Source: Bugula neritina (lineage: Eukaryota > Animalia > Bryozoa). Taken from it: a stretch of 64,000 nt of DNA. A model generated the notes under the pieces. That model was not told where the DNA came from. It was given only the letters and a program-made list of their open reading frames with translations, and did no database searches. The stretch is taken from the NCBI GenBank assembly GCA_964035545.1, contig OZ037772.1, forward strand, positions 1,240,001 to 1,304,000. The letters are read 5' to 3'. The position numbers and the translations under genes were made by a program. This document shows, one piece after another, positions 1 to 8,187 of the stretch. Positions within the stretch are counted from its first letter, which is position 1, and each line of letters starts with the position of its first letter.

Positions 1-696
1 AGTCTTACTGTGACTCTCAGTCGTAACGGTAATGTAAAATAAAATTGTGAACTGTAAAGTTAAACCCAAGGCTGAAATTTATTTAATTAAATTTAGACAA
101 TCTGAATCATTGGCTCAATCCTTGAGTTTGACTATTACTATTATTATTAGTGTTACGATTGTGATTATCATTGGCATTATGCCATTATGATTATCATTAT
201 GATTGTAATTGTGGTAATTCTAACATTAATTATAATCATAAATTAAAAGGTAATGATTAATGATAATTATTTTCATTTTGTAATCATAATGATTATCATA
301 ATGATGTAAATTTTGATGTAAAACCAAAATACTAAAACTAAAAGTAAAAGTTATAAAATTAAATGATAAAATATTGTAGTGAGTAGTGCAAAGTACAAAT
401 ACGGGAATCGCCCTCTCTCTACTCTTGGAATACTTAGACCCTTATGTAGCAACCAATTAGCAGCTCCGGAAGATATGCTTCCGATTCACGTGACACTTCC
501 CGGGTTATTAACATTATATCACGTTGTTGTAAGCGGAGGCTTGAAGTAGTAACATGTGTTAGTAGTTGACTGATGTATAGGATAATTTGATGTGATGTTT
601 GTTTTATGCTCTATTGTGGATAATAAATATAATTACTCGACAGCTACCCTAGTAATTGCTAGCAGAATAACCAGCTAACTATACGCAAGTAAATAA

Positions 697-1001
697 TGTT
701 ATAATTTTCAGTTTAGGGTTGATATGCTATCCAGAGAGTCTATTTATCTAGTATAGAACTGCACCAGGCTAAGTCGAGTGAACGAGTATATTTTATTCAC
801 AACTATACATCATAAAAACACGATACATTATTTCTAACAAGTTACACATCTAATCTATTTCACACTCTAGCTTCGACTGAGTTAGCAGCGGGAAACTACA
901 ATTGCTGCTAACTATCAACTACGCTAATTGGCTATCCATTGTTCCGGGTCAATTACGCGACCCTACATGTTGTGCTGCTGGTAGTTCCACGAACCACCAC
1001 A
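697..1001 (-). repeat. 3' LTR of Gypsy A copy 1 (TGTGG...TAACA on minus); AATAAA at 797-792
   Basis: Direct repeat of 7883-8187, preceded on the minus strand by the PPT. Confidence 0.97.
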
Positions 1002-1032
1002 CCGCCCCCACCAGCAGAAAGCCATCTTTCTG
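1002..1032 (-). promoter_or_regulatory. Polypurine tract (GGTGGGGGCGG, 1012-1002) preceded by hairpin CAGAAAG-ATGG-CTTTCTG (1032-1015)
   Basis: G-rich tract abuts the 3' LTR. The same arrangement occurs in copy 2 and in family B. Confidence 0.85.
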
Positions 1033-1280
1033 ATAAATATATATAAAAACATTCAATAGTAATTGCATACATCAGTGGACAAAAATAATACATAATATAC
1101 AGGAAGAGACATAATAATACACAGAGTCGTTATAACGATCCGTTGCATACAATTGGCCAGCTGTAGATAGACGAGGAATACTAGCTAGCTGTGGTATTAG
1201 ACAAGGAATAACCTGTCTAGCAGTTAAGCATTTGCACGAGTTTGGTTCTTCACCAAATGTGGAGTATTCTGGATATGTAT

Positions 1281-2357
1281 CTAGAGTCCTTGTTGGGCAC
1301 GCCGGTGCTTGGCTTGGCATGTACGCAGTTTCCGTTTCATACGGCATACGGATCCCTTCAGCTGGAAGAGTCCTGTGGTAGTGTTGAGTAGATCTGGCGC
1401 CAGCTGGGTGAACTCTTCTTGTAATCGTAGGAGGCGTTCTTCTACTGTAGCTAGTCGTACTGGGTCTGGGGACGGTGTCCGTCTGCGGCGTAATGGTGGA
1501 CTGGGGGACCTGGTCCGTCTCTTCGCCGGGGTAGGGGAGATCTCTCCTTCTTCTGGATATGTAGTTTCCTCGGGGGTGTAGGAAATGGGAGGGCGGTCAG
1601 ACACCAACGGGGATTGTTGGCGGGCGTTGTCTAACACACTTTGGAACCCCGAGGATAGAACGGCTAGTAGCATGGCCTTCTTTACCAGAGGTCGTATATA
1701 TGTGAGGAACTCCGGGTACAGCTTAGCGTCGACCACATAGTTTTCTCCAGGGAAACAGCCCGCCGCTCTGTGTCTGGTGACGGGGTAGGGATACACATCA
1801 TTGTACCCGCAGGGGCAGAAGGTCAGTAGGAGATGAGCGTTGACGTGTAGTTTGAGGGAGCGGTGAGAGGCGCAGTCTTCACCACAGATCTGGCATCTCG
1901 TCCGTCCTCTGGACCCCCAGGCTGTTTCTATTTCTTCTTCGGTTTGTGGAGACACCCACCGCCAACGACGGCGTAGTGGCTCAGGCCGGTCACCACTAGA
2001 ATAGTCCTCCGGATACGGAGCGGGAAGTGTTCTATCCCGTACCCTAGTTGTAGCGGGTCGAGTGTAATCTGAAAAAGTTTCAACAGTGTTAGTACATTAC
2101 ACTGCTGTGTTGTCAGCTTGAACAGCTTGGCAACTCCTAATTCAGTTACCTCGTAGAGATTAATGATAGTGAATAGTCAGATAGAACCGTATTGCAATGA
2201 GATTATAAAAATCTCTAAGTCAAACTAAGTTCTTACTACAGTATTTCACTAACCTATCTCCAGCTCGATTGACTCAGTGAGTCAGAGCTGAGCGATGCAA
2301 TCTAGTTTCGTATTAAGATATAGTTAACTCACCCCACGATCTGTTGTGGTAAGACAT
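1281..2357 (-). CDS. ORF3 accessory protein (C2H2 and CxC..H..C zinc fingers, Arg/Ser/Pro basic patch, coiled coil); predicted spliced model join(2357-2333, 2068-1281), 270 aa
   Basis: Motif CQICGEDCASHRSLKLHVNAH..FCPCG..RHRAAGC. ATG lies 25 nt after the pol stop. Donor G|GTGAGT, branch point TACTAAC and acceptor TTTTTCAG| are phase-1 compatible. Homologous to 15363-16832. Confidence 0.8.
2261..2290. promoter_or_regulatory. Palindrome with two AP-1 consensus sites (TGACTCA-G-TGAGTCA) inside the predicted ORF3 intron
   Basis: Sequence cagctc-gat-tgactca-g-tgagtca-gagctg; identical at 31263-31292. Function is inferred only. Confidence 0.4.
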
Positions 2358-2381
2358 ACTGAATATGTGAAATGGTTTGAA

Positions 2382-5300
2382 CTACTGCTTAGAAACACGT
2401 CTACTCTTGACTGCATCAGCGTATGAAAAGATCGAGCAACGTGGTTGGGGTGCGTGATTAAGACTTTGTGCACCCGGCGGATGAATTTTGTTCCTACTTC
2501 CGCCGATACAAAAGTTGATATTTCCGTGGTGTTGACAACTCCCACATTTGCTCGATTCTTTTCTCGTACGGTTTTCCCCTAGACTTTCATGTGTGCCGCT
2601 TTTAACGCAGTCACATACGAAGTCCTTCAAGTATGCGGGGGGTTGCCTCGTACGCTGTCCCCTTTCTAGGGGGGGTGACACGCTTGCCGGTTCGTTAGTA
2701 GGGGCCTCTAATGGCGTCTCTACTTCACCGTCAGCAGTCACCTCTTCTTGTTCTCCGGATGGAGCCCCTCCCTCCGTGGGGGTTTGCACTTCCGGAACCG
2801 GCTCGGTTTCTGGAAGTGATGGAATTAGACTTGGCGGTGGCGGACACGCTTCTGTTGCCAGAAGCTGCCGCTCCTCTCTCACCAAGTTTTCTTCCCGCGG
2901 TATGACCACTTCGTATTCAGGTCCATGCCGCCGTCGCCCGCGCGTCGTTGTCTGCCTCCTGGGCTCTAACAACGGGGGGCTTCTCCCACTCCGCCGGGGC
3001 TAGCCCAATACGGTTTCAAGCGAGACTCATTCTGGATAGACACCTGTCCTGAGCGCTCAATCTTGTACGTATGATTGGGCATGGCCTCGACGACCACGTA
3101 GGGGCCTACGAACTTAGGCTTCAGCTTATCAGCCTGTCCGCGGCGCCTACGGTAATTGACCATCCACACCTTATCTCCTCTTTGATAGAGGGGTGGTTCA
3201 TCGGAATCTTCGTGCCGCACCTTCCACTGCTGTTGACGCAGTATCTCGTGTGCGGCCTTCATCCGTTCCACTAGTTCACTGGCATACTCGTGGACTGAGT
3301 TATCCTGCTCTGGAACGTGATAGGTGAGATGGTCAGGGACACGAGTCTCTCTCCCGAGCATCAAGAGGTTTGGGGTCTCACCAGTACTGGTGTGTGGGGT
3401 GCTACGGTATGCACGCATGACTTGCGGCAACACCGTATCCCATTCCTCTTGACCTCGTCCAAGGAGGAGACTCCGGAGCGCATCACCTAACATCCGGTTG
3501 TTGCGCTCCACCACCCCGTTACCTTGAGGGTGGTAGGGGGTGGTCCTGCTATGATTTACTCCCCAGAGGTGGCAAAGGTCGCTCATCAGTTGAGACTGGA
3601 ATTGAGCGCCTTGATCAGAGTGTATCTGTTCGGGAAGCCCAAAATAACAGAATACGTGTTGGTCTAGTGCCCTGGCCACTGTTGGGGCTGATGCATCTGG
3701 GATAGCCAGAGCATCCGCCCACCTAGTAAAGTGGTCGGTTAGTACTAGGATCCAATTATTGCCTCTGGGGGTCAGGGGCATGGGTCCGACCAGGTCTACA
3801 GCGACTACTTGCCAGGGCCTACCAGCATATAGCCTCCGCCGTCCTGCTTCACCAGGGGGGCGGCTATGCTTACTGGCCTGGCAGATCTCACACTGTTTGA
3901 CTCTGAGCCGGACGTCACGCTCCATCTGCGGCCAATACCACCGGAGTCGTAATTTGGACATCACTCGCTTGACCCCTGCGTGGGCCTGCTTGTGAGTATC
4001 CCAAATCAACTCACGGCGGATGGCTGTGGGGCAGACTACCCTCTTCCTTTCCGGGTGTCTGCCGCTGGCAGCTAGAGAGATGGTTAGCAACCCATCCTGC
4101 CCGATCCGCAGCGAGTCCCAACGCTGACAGTATAGCCGGAATTCGGCGCATCCCTGTCTTATGCGTTCCTCGCTGGGTCGTCGCCCTTCCCTTTTGGCCC
4201 GGTAGATGTCTGCCACGACTCCAGGCAGCTCTTCTTGGAGCTTCTTCAGCTCTCGAACATTACCGGCCAGTACAGGGTTGGCGCGGAGGTTTTGTATATC
4301 CTCCGGGGACTCATCAACTCTTTGCCTGAGTTGACCTTGATCCCAGTCAAACGGTGCTCCGTGATGAGCCAGCGTCTCCAACTCGCATCGAGGGGGACCT
4401 CCATCCCTCCTCTCGATGTTGAGACACTGTTTGCAACCTCCGTCAGGTCGGCGGCTCAACCCATCCGCATTGCTGTGTCTCTTGCCCGGTCGGTGTTCGA
4501 TCCGGTACGAGAATTCAGCTAGGATTTCGAGCCACCGGGCGACCTGACTAGAGGGCTCTGCTCTCCTGCACAACCAGATCAGCGAGGCATGATCCGTACG
4601 CAGCCGGAACTTCCTGCCATATAGGTATGGTCTGAAGTGCTTCACTGACTTGATTACTGCCAGCAGCTCCTTGCGGGTAGTGCAGTAATTTCGTTCAGCG
4701 GGAGAGAGAGACTTGCTGTAGTAGGCTACTACTACTTCTCGGCCTTCCTGCACTTGTGACAGCACAGCGCCAACATTCTGGTCACTGGCGTCCGTGTCTA
4801 GGATGTACTCCAGAGTGGGGTCTGGGTAGGCCAAGATGGGCGCCGTTAGGAGGCAGCCCTTGAGGCGGTCGAACGCTTCTTGTTCGACTGGAGTCCACTG
4901 CCACGTCACTCCCTTTGCGGTAAGCCGGTTTAACGGCTGGGCTATGCCCGCAAAGTCTGGTATGTATTGCCTGTAATACCCTACCAGCCCCAAGAAAGCC
5001 CGGAGTCCGGTCAAGTCTTGAGGGGTGACCCAGTCTTCTACTGCCCGTACCTTTTCGGGATCCGTTGCCACGCCGTTTCGACCGACAACGTGCCCCAGGT
5101 ACTTGACCTCCGGCTGCAACAGAGCGCACTTGGAAGGTTTGAGCTTAAGACCGGCACCTCGGAGTCTCTCGAAAACCTCCTGCAGACGACTGACATGTGT
5201 CTCGAAGTCTGGAGAGATTACGATGACATCATCGAGGTAGACCAGCAGTGTCTTCCAATGGAGTCCGCTAAGGACTTGTTCCATCAGCCTCTGGAAGGTG

Positions 5301-6949
5301 GCTGGGGCGGAGGTTAACCCGAAGGGCAGCACCTTCCACTTCCACAACCCGTCCCGTGTGATAAACGCCGCTTTCTCTTGGGCGTCGGGACTCAGAGGAA
5401 CCTGCCAATAGCCGCTTAGCAAGTCTAACGTACTGAAGTACTTGCTGCCGGCTAGGGCGTCCAATGACTCGTCAATACGAGGTAGAGGGTAGGCGTCCTG
5501 TATGGTTACGCTATTGAGTTTGCGGTAGTCCACACAGAACCGCCAACTGCCGTCTTTCTTCCGGACCAGTACGACTGGCGAGCTCCACGCACTATGGGCG
5601 GGCTCTATCAGTCCCCGGTCCAGAAGATCCCGTACTTGTCGGCTAACCTCCTTCTCTTTCTCCGGCCCCAGCCTGCGTGTGGGCTGCCGGACAGGGACTG
5701 TCCCTGCAGTCAGCGGTATTTCGTGTCTGACAATTCCAGTCAGTCCCACGTCATGCTCTCCGCTGCTGAACACATCACCGTAGTCGCGTAGTAACTTGGC
5801 CATAGCTTGGCGCTCTCTGTTACTCGCGCAGCCACCACTGGCCGTCTCGTATAACTCCCGGAGATGTGTTGGGACTGCCCCTCGTCCCTGAATAGGGTGT
5901 CGAGGGGGGGCCTCTGTCGCATCACTCAGCGACGGGCCTACGTCTCCCTCTTGAACAGAGTGAAAACGGCCCAGCATCGACCCAGCCGGGAGCTTGATAG
6001 GCTCGGTAAAGGGGTTGACGCACTGCACTAAGATCTCCCCTTGCTCAGTCAGCTGATTCAGACTGCTGGCAAGTTGGATCTTTTCGTGCGCGCCTTCAAC
6101 CACCCCGAGTCCAGAGATCCGGCTACTATTCACCCTGCAGTGAATGGTAGCCCGGGAGCGGCCTGGTATGGTACGGTTGCGTACCACTTGCACACCTCCC
6201 ACTAAAGGGCAGCCGAACTTGTCGACGCAGGCAAGTTCCCGCCCGGACATCATCATTGCAGATCTGCTAAAATCTATGTGACATCCGTGCCGTTTAAGGA
6301 ACGGCATCCCGAGGATAGCATCCTCCTTGAGCTGACTGACGATGAACGTCTCTTGGATCGTTTGATCGCGGACTCGTCCCGTCAGCTCAATTATACCATA
6401 GAAGGGAAGGCACGACCCGTCAGCTAGGGTGCCGTATTCCCCTTCGTATGCTTCCATCTCGCCCCTGACCCTAGCACTGAGGGTGTCGAAGAGTTGGCGG
6501 CTTAAGAGGTTCGTGGTACAGCCCGAATCAATGAGAAAAGTAACAGCTTTGCCTTCCAGTTTACCGGGCAAGAAATAGCTGTTCCCATGGGGCTGCACCT
6601 GAACTCTCCCTTCAGGCCTGACTCTCGCAGGGAGTACCTCCCTCGCTTTGGGTCGCGAAGGAGGTCTCTTGGGGCGGTGATAGGTAGGCCTCGGGGGTGC
6701 CGAGGCTGGTTTCTCAGCTACCTTTGTGTGCTCCCATCCAGATTCTTGGACTTGTAGCCCTGTGAATCTGTTGTGAAGGGGCATAGAAAAGGCAGCCGCG
6801 GGGCGAAGCCCCTTGCTGGTCCGTCGCGGCTGTTGCCACTGTTGGTTGCCAGTACGCGGTGCCCGTCTGGGTGACCTGCGTTTCTTCTTCCCTAGAGGTT
6901 TCGTCGGCCCGCGGAAGGTGGGAACATCTGCGGGCCGCGGTAGTTTAAC
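2382..6949 (-). CDS. pol: Gypsy pol (protease, RT, RNase H, integrase); a 1-bp deletion at 2974-2979 removes the last ~196 aa of the integrase tail
   Basis: LIDSG protease, YLDD RT, TDAS RNase H, HHCC plus D,D35E and GPY integrase motifs. G6 run here versus G7 at 31976-31982 in copy 2. Confidence 0.95.
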
Positions 6950-7851
6950 CCCTGATTTAGGAAGGGACAATATCGGCGGAAATGTCCTTGATTTCCGCAC
7001 TCCCAGCAAAAACTGACTGTTTCTCCCTGTGGCGGCGCCAATGGCCGCATGGGCTCAGGGGCGGTACTCACTGGGTTTTGTGGGGTCAGTGTTGCTATCA
7101 GCTTGGCTAGCATGTCCGTCAGTTGAGTGACTTTTGATGCCGTCGCCAACTGGGACACGGCAGCCGCGGCGGGGGTTTCCTCCCCTTGTCCCGCGGCCGT
7201 GTCTGCGCGGTCTATCTCCACTTGGCGGGAGCTTCCGCGACTTTTATGCATTTGGTTAGCTAGGAGGTAAGCTTCCCCCTCAGTCAGAGCATCTTCAACG
7301 GTGGTGACTCCCCTAGCTAGAAACTGGTGGTGGAGACCCAGATCGTCGACAGATGCTATGAAAGCGTCGAGGGTGTACCTCTCGCGGTTGACTGGGGGCA
7401 AGTCGCTGTATGCGATCTGTGCCAGCTTCATGACCGCGGTGGCATGCTCCCGCAGCGGGGTGCGGGGATCACGCCGCAACCTCTGTAATCGGGCCCTGGC
7501 ATCTGTAGTCGAGAGGCCAAAACGGGCCCGCAGAGAAGCAAAGATATTATCAATGTCTACGCCCAGCCCATAGGGCTTGGCTTTGTCCATCAATGCCATT
7601 CTAAGCTTCAGCAGCGCCACCCTAGGGGGCCACTGAGCGACGTCCATTACGTCGCTAAACTCTTGAATAAATTGTTCCACCTCCTCTTCACCCGTGAAGG
7701 TGGGCGCCTTTAACCTGTAGCGGTCTTCAGCTAGTTCTCGCGGAACCCTTCGCTCTTCTACTACATGGTTAACAGGCATTGTCTCTACAGCATTGTCTCT
7801 ACGCTCACCTTCGATTGCCGGTGGTTGAGTTTCAGCATTTTCAGTCTCCAT
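6892..7851 (-). CDS. gag: Gypsy gag, 319 aa, with CCHC zinc knuckle
   Basis: CWECGNQGHFRRYC knuckle; ATG just downstream of the PBS; overlaps pol in the -1 frame. Confidence 0.95.
   Translation of the reverse strand: METENAETQPPAIEGERRDNAVETMPVNHVVEERRVPRELAEDRYRLKAPTFTGEEEVEQFIQEFSDVMDVAQWPPRVALLKLRMALMDKAKPYGLGVDIDNIFASLRARFGLSTTDARARLQRLRRDPRTPLREHATAVMKLAQIAYSDLPPVNRERYTLDAFIASVDDLGLHHQFLARGVTTVEDALTEGEAYLLANQMHKSRGSSRQVEIDRADTAAGQGEETPAAAAVSQLATASKVTQLTDMLAKLIATLTPQNPVSTAPEPMRPLAPPQGETVSFCWECGNQGHFRRYCPFLNQGLNYRGPQMFPPSAGRRNL
6905..6949 (-). promoter_or_regulatory. Predicted -1 ribosomal frameshift signal: G_TTA_AAC, 5-nt spacer, GC-rich hairpin
   Basis: Heptamer at 6949-6943 is in the gag phase and pol is in the -1 frame. 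Stem CGGCCCGC...GCGGGCCG at 6937-6905. Confidence 0.75.
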
Positions 7852-7863
7852 CTTGGATGCACT

Positions 7864-7881
7864 ATCCCACTGCTGCCACCA
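7864..7881 (-). promoter_or_regulatory. Primer-binding site TGGTGGCAGCAGTGGGAT (tRNA-Leu type)
   Basis: 18 nt starting TGG, one base after the 5' LTR; near-complementary to the 3' end of metazoan tRNA-Leu(AAG/TAG) as I recall it. Confidence 0.85.
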
Positions 7882-7882
7882 C

Positions 7883-8187
7883 AGTTATAATTTTCAGTTT
7901 AGGGTTGATATGCTATCCAGAGAGTCTATTTATCTAGTATAGAACTGCACCAGGCTAAGTCGAGTGAACGAGTATATTTTATTCACAACTATACATCATA
8001 AAAACACGATACATTATTTCTAACAAGTTACACATCTAATCTATTTCACACTCTAGCTTCGACTGAGTTAGCAGCGGGAAACTACAATTGCTGCTAACTA
8101 TCAACTACGCTAATTGGCTATCCATTGTTCCGGGTCAATTACGCGACCCTACATGTTGTGCTGCTGGTAGTTCCACGAACCACCACA
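7883..8187 (-). repeat. 5' LTR of Gypsy A copy 1 (U5 end mutated CA>CT)
   Basis: Apparently identical to 697-1001 except for the terminal base 7883. Confidence 0.97.

Larger units (their letters stand above)
697..8187 (-). mobile_element. Full-length Ty3/Gypsy LTR retrotransposon, family A copy 1
   Basis: Two 305-bp LTRs; 4-bp TSD ATAA (693-696 and 8188-8191); PBS and PPT present; gag, then PR-RT-RH-IN pol order, then ORF3. Confidence 0.98.

Noticed and set aside
1072-1347. 91-aa ORF (also 30074-30349) with a hydrophobic end as an env or TM gene
   Set aside because: It overlaps the ORF3 end in another frame, runs into the T-rich 3' UTR, has no signal peptide and has no counterpart in family B.
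2548-7573. Many plus-strand and alternative-frame ORFs inside gag and pol (both copies and family B)
   Set aside because: Shadow ORFs of GC-rich coding sequence with no motifs.
7864-7881. tRNA gene
   Set aside because: Only the 18-nt primer-binding site is present; there is no cloverleaf.
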